Shown: piece by piece, positions 22,470 to 32,820 of the stretch
Layout: each line of letters begins with the position of its first letter
Position numbering within the stretch: position 1 is the first letter of the stretch
Origin: an uncultured Clostridia bacterium
GTDB taxonomy: Bacteria; Bacillota; Clostridia; Oscillospirales; Ruminococcaceae
Direction of reading: 5' to 3'
DNA length: 64,000 nt
Assembly (NCBI GenBank): GCA_947624155.1
Contig: CANQJB010000004.1
Coordinates: forward strand, 5,041-69,040
Position numbers and translations under genes: made by a program
Notes under the pieces: model-generated
What the model was told of the DNA's origin: nothing
Seen by the model: only the letters and a program-made list of their open reading frames with translations
Databases searched by the model: none

Positions 22470-22742
22470 CAAAAACCCGCCCCAAAGCTGACTTTGAGAC
22501 GGGTGCTGACTTTGCACTCGCGGTACCACTCAAATTGCGGAAAGACCCGCCACTCTTGGAATCAAGCAATTCCTATGCATTAACGCAGCAATCACGGGAA
22601 GATCTACCGGCGGGTTAGGCTTTGGAATCTTCCGGCTCGGAAGCGAGGGGCTGCGGGGGCATTGTCACCGGTCTTTCACCAAACGCCGGCTCTCTTTGTC
22701 GATGTGTCCTTTGCCTTCTTCGTCATCGCCTTTGAATTGATT
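22470..22742 (-). promoter_or_regulatory. T-box riboswitch leader of the leu/ilv operon
   Basis: On the minus strand: AGAGAG then GGTGAAAG (stem I AG-bulge and distal-loop motifs). The T-box sequence AATTTGAGTGGTACCGCGAG is the complement of 22517-22536. It is followed by a terminator hairpin and GGGTTTTT. I could not assign the specifier codon by eye. Confidence 0.8.
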
Positions 22743-22748
22743 ACTACG

Positions 22749-22777
22749 ATTATAAAGAATCATTCCGATTTTGTCAA
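22749..22777 (-). promoter_or_regulatory. consensus sigma-A promoter of the leu/ilv operon
   Basis: Minus strand: TTGACA (22777-22772), 17-nt spacer, TATAAT (22754-22749). Confidence 0.8.
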
Positions 22778-23044
22778 TCGCCTTTTTGCACGAGATTTTT
22801 AGGCCGCAAAGCCGTTTTTTCCGTTTAATGCACAAAATGTGGGGCAGAAGGGTCAAACTGTGTTTTGTTATCGTGTGTCAGAAGGACTGAGGCTGCACCT
22901 TGAAGCTCTGCCCTCCGACAATCTGACTTCTGTTTTCTGAGATGTGTCCTTTTCGGCCACATCTTTGGTTGCAATCCGCAAAAAAATGTGTTATAATACT
23001 CGAAAATGGCCGCTGTTTGACAAAATTTACAGGAAGTGAGCGAT

Positions 23045-23707
23045 ATGATAGAGCTGAGATCCCCCGATGACATCGTCGGGCTTGCCTGCGAATGGGGCTT
23101 TCTGCCCTTCTTTAAAAATTCCGTCCCCGGCTTTTCGATCGAGGAGCACACCCCGCGCGAGCTGTGGTTCGGCAGCAGCGACGGTCCGTGGGAATGGAAA
23201 GGCCCCTGCATCCGCACCGGTAAGGTCCTTTACGGCAAATTTTTCTGCGGAAAGGCGGGCTATATCAGCCTCGACTGGTTCCCCGACTTCGCCAACTACC
23301 GCCGCGACGGATATGACTTCGACTCGCGATATGAATCAGGCCTCGCGAGCCATAAAGACCTCAATATCTACGACACCGTTTCACGCTACGGAGATCTTCT
23401 TTCAAAAAAGCTTAAAAGCCTCTGCGGCTATTCCCGGGGAGGTGAGCGAGGCTTCGACGGCGTGATCACCCGCCTTCAGATGCAGACCTATCTTTGCATC
23501 TCGGACTTTGAATATATGCGCGACAAATACGGCAGAGTCTACGGCTGGGGAGTCGCGCGGTATTCGACCCCCGAAACGCTTTTCGGCTATGACCTGATTA
23601 CCTCGGCCTATTCCCGCGAGCCGATTGAATCCCGCGGGAGAATACTCGGGCAGCTTTCAAAGGCTCTGAACCGGCCGGAGGAGGATTTTCTCAGACTGAT
23701 CAAATAG
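23045..23707 (+). CDS. conserved hypothetical protein, possibly AlkZ/YcaQ-related (winged-helix DNA-glycosylase-like); assignment from memory only
   Basis: About 220 aa. N-terminus ..[23 protein letters not shown]...DGPWEWKG.. resembles short AlkZ-related proteins. ATG at 23045 follows GGAAG. A TGtTATAAT promoter lies about 50 nt upstream. Confidence 0.4.
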   Translation: MIELRSPDDIVGLACEWGFLPFFKNSVPGFSIEEHTPRELWFGSSDGPWEWKGPCIRTGKVLYGKFFCGKAGYISLDWFPDFANYRRDGYDFDSRYESGLASHKDLNIYDTVSRYGDLLSKKLKSLCGYSRGGERGFDGVITRLQMQTYLCISDFEYMRDKYGRVYGWGVARYSTPETLFGYDLITSAYSREPIESRGRILGQLSKALNRPEEDFLRLIK

Positions 23708-23717
23708 GAGAGATAAA

Positions 23718-24539
23718 ATGACAACAAGACTTGCGCAGATTTTTGAACACTGTCTGAACGGACGGGAGATAGTGGTCTGGGGCGAGCCGAACCGCCTGCT
23801 CAGGCGGCAGCTCGAGCCCTACGGCTTCGCATTTACCGAAAACGTCGACCCCGCGAGGCACTATGTCGTCGCGGTGACCGAGGACGATCTGACTGACTTT
23901 CTTATCGACCGCGCGGGCGGGGGATTTGAGAAGGTCAGGGACTATATCGTCTATTCCGACATCGGGCAGGAGCTTCCCTTTGACTGGGAGCTTTTCGGCG
24001 CGAAGATCGGCCGCCAGACCTATTTCGGCGACGGAATAGTTGATGCCTGCCGAAACGGCTATATCGAGTCGATCGGGCGATACACGTCGATAAACTCGAC
24101 CGCTGTGATTCACTGCGATCACCACTCGAATATGGCGTTTGTCACCGACGAGCTCTCGGATTTCTTCACACCCGAGAACAAGGCAAAATTTGAGAAGCTC
24201 TGCGCCCTCGACCCTAAGCACCCATACGCCTTCGGGAAGCCGAGGGTGACGATCGGGAGCGACGTCTGGATAGGAGCCCACACATTTATAAACTGCTCAA
24301 AGGTAATTACCATAGGCGACGGCGCGGTTATCGGCGCGGGCGCGGTTGTGACCAGGGACGTTCCGCCGTATTCTGTGGTTGTAGGGGTGCCGGCTAATGT
24401 AATAAAATACCGCTACCCGCCGGAAATGGTGCGCACGCTTCTGCGAACGAAGTGGTGGGAGTGGACGCCGGAGGAGATAAACAAAAACGCCGACGCGCTG
24501 ATGTGGCCGGACGTATTTATGGAAAGGTTCGGAAAGTGA
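23718..24539 (+). CDS. hexapeptide-repeat xenobiotic acyltransferase (XAT/CatB/Vat-like) with an N-terminal extension of about 150 aa
   Basis: ..[59 protein letters not shown].. is typical of the XAT class. Confidence 0.75.
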   Translation: MTTRLAQIFEHCLNGREIVVWGEPNRLLRRQLEPYGFAFTENVDPARHYVVAVTEDDLTDFLIDRAGGGFEKVRDYIVYSDIGQELPFDWELFGAKIGRQTYFGDGIVDACRNGYIESIGRYTSINSTAVIHCDHHSNMAFVTDELSDFFTPENKAKFEKLCALDPKHPYAFGKPRVTIGSDVWIGAHTFINCSKVITIGDGAVIGAGAVVTRDVPPYSVVVGVPANVIKYRYPPEMVRTLLRTKWWEWTPEEINKNADALMWPDVFMERFGK

Positions 24540-24592
24540 CGCGGCGAAGGACGTCAATTTATAGAGTTAAAAATAATAAGGAGGAAACGGAT

Positions 24593-25463
24593 ATGAAATC
24601 AAAGGTTTACTTCACAAGAGAAATTTCGCCCGAAAAGGTGCTTGAGATGTATAAGCTTATCGGGGCGGAGCTCGGGGAAAGGGTCGCCGTAAAGGAGCAT
24701 TCCGGCGAGGTCGGGAATCAGAACTTTTTTGCGGCCGCCGTTCTGGAAGCCGATAGTCGACTATGTCGGCGGAACGGTCGTCGAGTGCAACACCGCTTAT
24801 GACGGCGAGCGCGACACCACCGAAAAACATCTGAAGGCGATCAGAAAACACGGCTGGAACGATTATTTCGACTTCGACCTGATGGACGCCGAGGGGCCGG
24901 ACCTCGTTCTCGAAATTCCGAACGGCAAGGTGATAAAAAAGAACTTTGTCGGCAAGAATCTCAAAAACTACAATTCGATGCTGGTTCTGTCCCACTTCAA
25001 GGGCCACCCGATGGGCGGATACGGCGGAGTTCTCAAACAGCTTTCGATCGGCGTTGCTTCGAGCTTCGGAAAGGCTTATATCCACGGCTCCGGCGACACC
25101 GAGCACAATATCTGGGCCGCGCCTCACAACTCGTTCTTGGAGTCGATGGCCGACGCCGCCTCGTCGGTAATAAACTTCTTCGGCGGCAGGGTCGCATATA
25201 TAAACGTAATGAAAAATCTTTCGGTCGACTGCGACTGCTGCGACATCGCCGAAGATCCCTGCATGAGGGATATAGGCATTCTCGCCTCGCTCGATCCCGT
25301 CGCGATAGATCAGGCCTGCCTTGACCTTGTCTACGCCGCAAAGGACGACCCCGGTCAAAAGCATTTCCTTGAAAGGGTCGAAAGCCGCAACGGCGTCCAC
25401 ACGATCGAAGCTGCCGCCGCTCTCGGCCTCGGCTCCCGTGAGTATGAGCTGACGGAGGTTTAG
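24593..25463 (+). pseudogene. DUF362-type (Fe-S related) gene split by a +1 frameshift in a T6 run
   Basis: MKSKVYFTREISPEKVLEMYK..VKEHSGEVGNQNF runs into T6 at 24725-24730. Removing one T joins it to LRPPFWKPIVDYVGGTVVECNTAYDG.. (ORF 24729..25463). RBS AAGGAGGA lies before the ATG at 24593. Confidence 0.75.
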
Positions 25464-25546
25464 GGCAAATAATCTGTTTAATCTGAGCAATCATTGAACC
25501 ACTCACATAAAACCCCCGGCCTGCCTCTCGGCAGGCCGGTTTTTAA

Positions 25547-27154
25547 TCAGTCTCTCCACTTGTTATAAAGCTCTCTGATCTGCGAAGTTAGCTTCGAGTT
25601 GTCCTTGTTGGTTCTGCCGCGGCGGGTCTTAACCATCGCGAGAAGCTTTTCAGCCTCTGCGACTAGGTCTTTATAGATCATATCCGCTCTGGTCGTCCCC
25701 TTGAATACCTTTTCGCGGTCGATTGACACTCCCTCGGTGTAAACTGTCATCTTGCCGGTCGCGAGGTCATATTCCGTCCCGCTGTAAGGCGCGGTCGCGT
25801 TATATCCCTTTTCCTCGATGAGCCTTCTGAAATCCTCGCAGGAGGCGTCGTCGCCGTGGTTCACAAAGACCGTGTCCGGCCCGTTTTCAAAGCCCGACAG
25901 CCAGTCTAAAAGCCCGGCCTGGTCGGCGTGTCCGCTGGTGCCGTGGAGCGAACAGATCTCGGCGTTGACCGAAATTTCCTCTCCGAAGAGGGTGACGCAC
26001 TTTTCGCCGCTTAAAAGTCTGCGACCCAAAGAGCCCTCCGCCTGATATCCGACAAAGAGGATAATGCAGTTTTCACGCCAGAGGTTGTGCTTTAAATGGT
26101 GGCGAATCCGCCCGGCCTCGCACATTCCGCTCGCTGAGATTATCACCTTCGGCTCGGGGTCGAGGTTGATCTGCTTTGACTCCTCCGAGGTCAGCGACAT
26201 TCTGATGTCGTCGAACCAGATCGGGTTGACGCCGCTTTTTATCAGCGCGAGGGTCTCGTCGTCGAAGCAGACAGGGCTGCACTGCATGAATATCGAGGTA
26301 GCCTCGGCGGCGAGCGGGCTGTCTACATAAACCGGGAAGCCGTCGTGGCCCTTGACGAGGCCGTTCTGCTTGATCTCGCGGACAGCATAGAGTATCTCCT
26401 GAGTCCGCCCGACGGCGAAGGAGGGGATCACGACGTTTCCGCCACGATCCAGTGCTCTTTGAATTATTCCGGCGAGCTCAGCCTCAACGTCGGCGCGGAT
26501 CTTTTGGTGCAGCCTGTTGCCGTAGGTCGATTCGATTATGAGATAGTCGGTATCCCTGACCTTTTGCGGGTCGCGGATTATCCTCTGATTTGTGTTCCCG
26601 ACGTCTCCGCTGAATACGATTTTTCTGCGGGTCTCGCCCTCGGTCAGCCACAGCTCGATGCAGGCCGAGCCGAGAAGGTGGCCGATGTCGGTGAATCTGA
26701 GCTCTATTCCCTCTGCGGGATAGATAATCTCGCCGTATCTGCATCTGCGGAACTGCGAGATCGCGCCGAGGGCGTCGTTTATTCCGTAGACCGGCTCGAC
26801 CGGCGGCAGACCGGCGCGCTCCGCCTTTCTGGAGCGCCATTTTGCCTCCGATTCCTGAATGTGTGCCGAGTCTCTGAGCATTATATTGCAGAGGTCGCAG
26901 GTCACGTCGGTCGCGTAGATGCTGCCATCAAAGCCGTCCTTATAAAGCCTCGGCAGCATTCCAGAGTGGTCGATGTGGGCATGAGTCAGAAAGACCGCTT
27001 CGATTCGGCTCACGGGAACCGGCAGGGGAATGTTCTGAAAGACGTCCCGTCCCTGCTCCATTCCGCAGTCGACGAGGTAATATTTGCGGTTGACCTCGAG
27101 AAGGGTGCAGCTTCCGGTGACCTCGTGGGTCGCGCCGATAAATTGAATTCTCAT
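25547..27154 (-). CDS. MBL-fold beta-CASP family nuclease (RNase J/CPSF-like)
   Basis: MRIQFIGATHEVTGS.., HAHIDHSG motif, and a late ..SGHAD.. motif. ATG at 27154 follows GGAGG. Confidence 0.75.
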   Translation of the reverse strand: MRIQFIGATHEVTGSCTLLEVNRKYYLVDCGMEQGRDVFQNIPLPVPVSRIEAVFLTHAHIDHSGMLPRLYKDGFDGSIYATDVTCDLCNIMLRDSAHIQESEAKWRSRKAERAGLPPVEPVYGINDALGAISQFRRCRYGEIIYPAEGIELRFTDIGHLLGSACIELWLTEGETRRKIVFSGDVGNTNQRIIRDPQKVRDTDYLIIESTYGNRLHQKIRADVEAELAGIIQRALDRGGNVVIPSFAVGRTQEILYAVREIKQNGLVKGHDGFPVYVDSPLAAEATSIFMQCSPVCFDDETLALIKSGVNPIWFDDIRMSLTSEESKQINLDPEPKVIISASGMCEAGRIRHHLKHNLWRENCIILFVGYQAEGSLGRRLLSGEKCVTLFGEEISVNAEICSLHGTSGHADQAGLLDWLSGFENGPDTVFVNHGDDASCEDFRRLIEEKGYNATAPYSGTEYDLATGKMTVYTEGVSIDREKVFKGTTRADMIYKDLVAEAEKLLAMVKTRRGRTNKDNSKLTSQIRELYNKWRD

Positions 27155-27390
27155 TTTCAACACCTCCGAGGGCTATTATAACATATTTTACCGTTCGGTG
27201 TCAAACGGGAGAACAATTTAGTTACTTCTCATTATGCTGAAAAGCTGTAAGAGTTGGCGCTCACTTGATTTAAAAACATTTCCCGCTTTCCTGTTGCGCT
27301 TTTGAAAAAAGTGTGATATAATACGCGGAGTAAAGCGGCCGCCCGATTCGGGGCGGGTAAATCATAATTCAGTCTGGAGGATACATAAAC

Positions 27391-27660
27391 ATGAAAGCAG
27401 TAATATCCGTCATCGGCAAGGACGCCGTCGGGATCCTCGCGAAGGTTTCGGCGATCTGCGCGGAATACAACGCAAATGTAACGGAGGTCACTCAGTCGGT
27501 TTTGCAGGACGTCTTCGCAATGGTTATGATCGTCGACATCACCAAGCTCAGTATCCCCCTCGCTCAGCTCTCAGACAAGATGAGCGATCTCGGGAAGTCG
27601 CTCGGGCTCTCGATCTATGTTATGCACGAGGACATCTTCAACACAATGCACCACATTTGA
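27391..27660 (+). CDS. ACT domain protein (UPF0237 type)
   Basis: 89 aa. MKAVISVIGKDAVGILAKVS... Conserved partner of the following gene. Confidence 0.8.
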   Translation: MKAVISVIGKDAVGILAKVSAICAEYNANVTEVTQSVLQDVFAMVMIVDITKLSIPLAQLSDKMSDLGKSLGLSIYVMHEDIFNTMHHI

Positions 27661-27675
27661 CATCGCGGAGGAGCT

Positions 27676-29031
27676 ATGATAAATCTCAGTGACATTTTAG
27701 AGACGATAAGAATGATTCAGGACGAATGTCTCGACATTCGCACAATAACAATGGGCATCTCTCTCCTCGACTGCATCGACAGCGACATCGACAAAGCCTG
27801 CGAAAAGGTTTATGAAAAAATCACCCGCTGCGCAAAGAACCTCGTCAGGGTCGGCGAGGAGATCGAAAAGGAATACGGAATACCTATTATCAACAAGAGA
27901 ATTTCGGTCACTCCGATCTCGATAATCTCCGCCGCCTGCCGCGAAAGTCCGGTAAAATTCGCGATAACGATGGACAAAGCCGCCGAAGCCGTCGGGGTCA
28001 ACCTGATCGGCGGATATTCAGCGCTGGTCCAAAAGGGCTTTTCGGCGGGAGACCGCGAGCTGATCGAGTCGATTCCCGAGGCGCTCTCGAAGACCTCGCG
28101 GGTCTGCTCGTCGGTCAATATCGGCTCGACAAAGACCGGCATCAACCTCGACGCCTGCAAGCTGATGGGCAGAATAGTCCGCGAAACCGCCGAGGCGACC
28201 GTCGATTCCGACTGCTTCGGCGCGGCAAAGCTGGTCGTCTTCTGCAACTCGGTCGACGACAACCCGTTCATGGCGGGAGCATATCACGGCGTCGGCGAGC
28301 CGGACTGCATTATCAACGTCGGCGTTTCGGGGCCGGGTGTCGTTCGCTCGGCGCTCTCAAAGCACCCCGACGCGGACATCAACGAGGTCTGCAACATCAT
28401 CAAAACTACTGCATATAAGATCACGCGGGTCGGACAGCTTGTCGGGGTAATCGCCTCGGAGCGGCTCGGGGTTCCGTTCGGAATAGTCGACCTCTCTCTC
28501 GCGCCGACGCCCGCGGTCGGCGACAGCGTCGCCCATATTCTTGAAGAGATCGGGCTCGAGCAGTGCGGCGCACCGGGAACTACCGCCTGCCTCGCGCTTT
28601 TGAACGACGCCGTCAAAAAGGGCGGAGTAATGGCATGCTCCTCGGTCGGAGGGCTTTCGGGCGCGTTTATCCCCGTTTCGGAGGATGCCGGAATGATTGC
28701 CGACGCAAAGAGCGGTTCTCTGACGATTGAAAAGCTCGAAGCGATGACTGCGGTCTGCTCGGTCGGGCTTGACATGATCGCGATCCCCGGCGACACCACC
28801 GCCGACGCCATCGCCGGAATAATCGCCGACGAAGCCGCGATCGGAATGATAAATTCAAAGACCACTGCGGTGAGAGTGATCCCCGCGATCGGAAAGGCCG
28901 ACGGCGAGGAACTCGACTGGGGCGGCCTCTTCGGCCACGCTCCTGTGATGAAGATAAACAAAATGTCGCAGAGCAAGTTCATCAACCGCGGCGGGCAGAT
29001 TCCCGCCCCGCTCCACAGTCTTAAGAACTGA
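27676..29031 (+). CDS. UPF0210/DUF711 (PFL-like) family protein
   Basis: 451 aa. ..[13 protein letters not shown].. start and typical length. Pairing with an upstream small ACT protein is characteristic. Confidence 0.8.
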   Translation: MINLSDILETIRMIQDECLDIRTITMGISLLDCIDSDIDKACEKVYEKITRCAKNLVRVGEEIEKEYGIPIINKRISVTPISIISAACRESPVKFAITMDKAAEAVGVNLIGGYSALVQKGFSAGDRELIESIPEALSKTSRVCSSVNIGSTKTGINLDACKLMGRIVRETAEATVDSDCFGAAKLVVFCNSVDDNPFMAGAYHGVGEPDCIINVGVSGPGVVRSALSKHPDADINEVCNIIKTTAYKITRVGQLVGVIASERLGVPFGIVDLSLAPTPAVGDSVAHILEEIGLEQCGAPGTTACLALLNDAVKKGGVMACSSVGGLSGAFIPVSEDAGMIADAKSGSLTIEKLEAMTAVCSVGLDMIAIPGDTTADAIAGIIADEAAIGMINSKTTAVRVIPAIGKADGEELDWGGLFGHAPVMKINKMSQSKFINRGGQIPAPLHSLKN

Positions 29032-29034
29032 GTA

Positions 29035-29072
29035 AAAACCGTGCGCCGGCTGCTGTCGGCGCACGGGTTTTA
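29035..29072 (+). terminator. rho-independent terminator
   Basis: ccgtgcgccg / cggcgcacgg 10-bp stem followed by TTTT. Confidence 0.7.
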
Positions 29073-29100
29073 ATAGGCAATTAAGGGCAGCCTCCCCCAT

Positions 29101-30180
29101 TCACTCCCCAATCCTCACTGCGTTTTCCTGAGCCTTTAAGCACAGCTCCGCTGCCTTGAAGGCGTGGGCTTGGGTCATTGCGGTTTCGGTTCGGTTTAGG
29201 CAGTCGAGTATCAGCCTGCCGAAGAACGGGAAACCTGTCGTACCGGCGGCGTTGAAATAGCGCTCGCCGCTTTTATTTGTCAAAAAGACGTGATCCCCGC
29301 CGGGCTCCGGGGCCGCGAGATTTATGTATTTGCGGATCTCGATAAAGCCGTCTGTGCCGAGGATAAAGGTTCTGCCGTCGCCCCAGGTCCTGAGACCGTC
29401 GGGGGTGAACCAGTCGACGCGGAAATAATTCGTCGTCCCGTTCTTGCCGGTGATCGAGCAGTCGCCGAAATCCTCAAGTTCGGGATATTCGGGGTGGGCG
29501 TAGTTCGCGATACGCGAAAAATTGACCTCGGCGTCCTCCTCGCCGGCGAAATAGAGATACTGCTCGATCTGGTGGCTGCCGATGTCGCAGAGGATTCCGC
29601 CGTATTTTTCCCTCTCAAAGAACCACTTCGGCCGCCCCGAAGCGCCGAGGCGGTGAGGCCCGAAGCCGGTGACGCTTAAAACCCTGCCGATCTCTCCGCG
29701 CTCGATCATATATCCCGCCAGAACTGCTCCCTCGACGTGGAGCCGCTCGGAATAATAGACCATGTATTTTCTGCCGGTGTTTCTGACCGCTTCCTTTGCG
29801 CTGTTGAGCTGCGCCGTCGTTGTGAACGGCGCTTTGTCGGTGAAGTAGTCCTTTCCGGCGTTCATTGCCCGAAGGCCGAGCGCACATCTCTCGCTTGTGA
29901 TCGCCGCGCCTGCGATAAGATTAGTTTCGGAGTCTTCGAGAGCCTCTTCCTCACACCTCGCGGCTTTGGCCTGCGGATAGCGCTTGATAAAGGCGTCGAC
30001 CTTTTTAGGGTCGGGGTCATAGACATATTTTAGCGTTCCTCCGGCTTCAAGGAGACCGTTTGTCATTCCGTAGATATGGCCGTGATCCAGCCTGACCGCC
30101 GAGAAAACAAACTCTCCCGGCTTAACTACCGGCTTCGGCCTGCCCTCGGGGGCATAATTCATTCCGTCAGATTTATCCAT
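29101..30180 (-). CDS. Gfo/Idh/MocA family oxidoreductase
   Basis: 359 aa. The fold assignment rests on overall similarity to this family and on adjacency to a clear paralog. Confidence 0.65.
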   Translation of the reverse strand: MDKSDGMNYAPEGRPKPVVKPGEFVFSAVRLDHGHIYGMTNGLLEAGGTLKYVYDPDPKKVDAFIKRYPQAKAARCEEEALEDSETNLIAGAAITSERCALGLRAMNAGKDYFTDKAPFTTTAQLNSAKEAVRNTGRKYMVYYSERLHVEGAVLAGYMIERGEIGRVLSVTGFGPHRLGASGRPKWFFEREKYGGILCDIGSHQIEQYLYFAGEEDAEVNFSRIANYAHPEYPELEDFGDCSITGKNGTTNYFRVDWFTPDGLRTWGDGRTFILGTDGFIEIRKYINLAAPEPGGDHVFLTNKSGERYFNAAGTTGFPFFGRLILDCLNRTETAMTQAHAFKAAELCLKAQENAVRIGE

Positions 30181-30192
30181 AATGACCTCCGT

Positions 30193-31338
30193 TCAATAGT
30201 TTCCGCCGACGGTTATCTCGCCGTTGAGCTCGGTGACCGACGCGGTTTTTTCATAGAAGTGCGGCGCGTTTTTCATTATCCCCTCGACGGTGTAGAACGG
30301 GCTGCCCTTTTTGAGGGGCAGATCGACCGTTTTTTGAGTCGAGCCGGAGAAATAGATCGCGGTGATAAGCTCGATCGTTCTTCTGCCGTCTTCTGCGCCG
30401 ATCGCGGGCTTTGAGCCTGTCTCGATAGATGTCAGAACGTTTTCGAGCTGGCCGGTGTGTCCCTCATATTCAAGAGGCGGCAGGGCTTTGACGTAATCCG
30501 AAATCTCCCTTTCGAGCTCTTCGTTTTTCTTCGGGAATCCGTTAGACATCGCGATTGACGCCTTGCAGTCAAACGGCGCAGAAATCTTCGCCTTTTCGCA
30601 CTGGAAAACGAGCTTCTGCTCCTCGCCGTGGTGGACGACCGAGGCGGTTATCTGCGCAAGGGAGTGAGGGTATCTGAGAATCGAGACCGAGAGGTCTTCA
30701 ACCTCGGCGTTGTCGTGGGCGGTGTTGGCGAGAACGCTCGTCACCTGCTCCGGCAGGCCCATCATCCAACAGAGCATATCAATGTGATGAACGGCGTGGT
30801 TGAGGGTGCAGCCGCCGCCCTCCTTTTCCCAGGTGCCGCGCCACCAGAGGTCGTAATAGCAATGGCCTCTCCACCAGAACGAATCGATCTCGGCGTGGCG
30901 GACAGGCCCGGCGAGGCCGCTGTCCAAAAGCGCCTTGAGGTCTCTGATCCCTCTGCGGAATCGGTTCTGAGCGATTATCGAGAGGAGCTTTCCGCTCTCG
31001 TCCCTCGCTCTGATCATTTCGTCGCACTCCTCGAGCGACGCTGCCATCGGCTTTTCGCAGACGACATTCTTGCCTGATCTCAGGCAGTTGATGCTGATCT
31101 CTGCGTGGACATAGGGCGGGGTGCAGACGTCGACGAGGTCGATGTCGGTTCTTCCGAGAATATCCTCGTGGTTTTCATAGGTGTCGCAGTCGAGGCCGAA
31201 TTCCTCCATGAACCTCTTTGCCTTTCCGGGAATGATGTCGACCAGAGCAGCGATCTCACAGCGCCCCGCGAGCGCAAGATATGCCCGAGCGTGGGTGTGG
31301 GCGATGCTGCCTGTCCCGACAATTGCTATTCTTAACAT
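30193..31338 (-). CDS. Gfo/Idh/MocA family oxidoreductase
   Basis: 381 aa. Rossmann start MLRIAIVGTGSIAHTHARAY.. and ..VVCEKPMA.. motif. Confidence 0.8.
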   Translation of the reverse strand: MLRIAIVGTGSIAHTHARAYLALAGRCEIAALVDIIPGKAKRFMEEFGLDCDTYENHEDILGRTDIDLVDVCTPPYVHAEISINCLRSGKNVVCEKPMAASLEECDEMIRARDESGKLLSIIAQNRFRRGIRDLKALLDSGLAGPVRHAEIDSFWWRGHCYYDLWWRGTWEKEGGGCTLNHAVHHIDMLCWMMGLPEQVTSVLANTAHDNAEVEDLSVSILRYPHSLAQITASVVHHGEEQKLVFQCEKAKISAPFDCKASIAMSNGFPKKNEELEREISDYVKALPPLEYEGHTGQLENVLTSIETGSKPAIGAEDGRRTIELITAIYFSGSTQKTVDLPLKKGSPFYTVEGIMKNAPHFYEKTASVTELNGEITVGGNY

Positions 31339-31480
31339 TAGCTCTCCTCCTTTTCGGTTTTTATCAATTATACATTACCCGCGCCGCCGATTCAATATAT
31401 AAACTCAGGTTTTATTTGTAAAAAGACAGATTTTAGAGGAAAATCACAGCTTGAATTCATGGAAATAGAGAGCTTTTCTC

Positions 31481-32644
31481 TCATTCCTCCCCCATCCCCT
31501 TAATCATCTCCGCAAGGCTCTTCCCGACCAGCTCGCCGCTGTAAAGCGCTTCGTCGAGCGAGTTGGCGTTTGAACCCATTTCGATCAGAAACGAGCCGTG
31601 GGTCATCTCCTGATTGTAATTTCGCTCGTCGAAGAGTATCGGCCGCGTCAGCCCCGGCCAGTCGCTCTCCATCTGCGACTGAAGCCGCGCGGCGGTCCTT
31701 AGATTATATCGGTATTGCGGGACATTCGTGCAGCCGCAGATAATCATCACCTGAGCGGCGCTCCTGCCGTTTATCTCGACCGCGGGGGCATATCTGACCG
31801 AGTCCTCTTCAATTGCGTCGCGGTGGACATCTATTACAATTTTAATAGACGGATATTTTTCGAGATATTCCGCGACGGTGACCGCGCTTCGGTCATAAGC
31901 ACCGGTATATTGCGGATAGTCGTGAACCGTCTCGTCGTGGATAACTCCTATTCCTGCGGCTTCGAGCTGCTCGGCGATCTTTTCGCCGACCGCCGCGACG
32001 CTCTTTGAAAGCTCGGTAGTTCTCGAAGAAAAGCTCGCGTCGTAATAGTCGCGCTGATACGGCTCGAAGCTCTCGGTGGTGTGGGTGTGCATGATAAGCA
32101 CCAGCGGTCCGCCGTCCGGCCTGAACTCATAGTCCGGCTTTTTTGCGCACTGTTCAAGCAGATACTCCGGATCGATGTCGGTGCAGTTTCTGAGAAGCCC
32201 GCCCCCGGGAAGCTCTAAATATGTTGTCGACGGGCGGTAGGAATATGTCCTGCGGACTATCTCGCCGTCGCGGTGTTCGATTTCGGGAGGATAGAGCAGC
32301 TCGCTCTCCTCAGCGTCCGAGTCGTCCTCCGGCACCTCCAGCTCCTCCGGCGCGGCCTCGATATCCCAGCCGCCGAAGCCCGAAAGCCTTATCAGCTCTC
32401 CGGCGAGCTTCGGGCTGAGAGAAGGCGACTCCGGCTCGGCCTCGGGCGGGCTTTTCGGTTCCGGCTCCGGCTCCGAGTATATCCCCGCGGAATTGAGCCT
32501 TGCGGAGATGACCGCAAGACCCCTTGCGCATTTTGAACCCGGTTCGCTGAAGATCAGCCCGCCGAGCAGGCTGAGCCCCGCAAAGAACGCCAATGCTGTC
32601 AGCCCGCCGGCGGTGAAGTCGGCGAGGCGGCGTGTGTTTTTCAT
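31481..32644 (-). CDS. spoIIP: stage II sporulation protein P-like amidase
   Basis: N-terminal TM, Pro/Glu-rich linker, and ..LIMHTHTTESF.. and ..IDVHRDA.. motifs typical of SpoIIP. ATG at 32644. Confidence 0.7.
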   Translation of the reverse strand: MKNTRRLADFTAGGLTALAFFAGLSLLGGLIFSEPGSKCARGLAVISARLNSAGIYSEPEPEPKSPPEAEPESPSLSPKLAGELIRLSGFGGWDIEAAPEELEVPEDDSDAEESELLYPPEIEHRDGEIVRRTYSYRPSTTYLELPGGGLLRNCTDIDPEYLLEQCAKKPDYEFRPDGGPLVLIMHTHTTESFEPYQRDYYDASFSSRTTELSKSVAAVGEKIAEQLEAAGIGVIHDETVHDYPQYTGAYDRSAVTVAEYLEKYPSIKIVIDVHRDAIEEDSVRYAPAVEINGRSAAQVMIICGCTNVPQYRYNLRTAARLQSQMESDWPGLTRPILFDERNYNQEMTHGSFLIEMGSNANSLDEALYSGELVGKSLAEMIKGMGEE

Positions 32645-32820
32645 GATAATCACTCCAACTTATATTTCTTAATGAAAATTTAATCAGTTTGTAACCGAAT
32701 GTAACCTTTATGTTATTGAAAAATCGAAAAAGATGTGTTAAAATAATACTGACGGAAGAATTTTTCTGAGAGATTCTAACGGCCGGAAAATTATAATACA
32801 CTGAATAGGACGTGAATGAA

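Noticed and set aside
22825-23217. 130-aa minus-strand ORF spanning the 22.8-23.2 kb intergenic region
   Set aside because: It overlaps the promoter and 5' end of the plus-strand gene at 23045. It has no RBS and a low-complexity Ser/Pro/Cys-rich translation.
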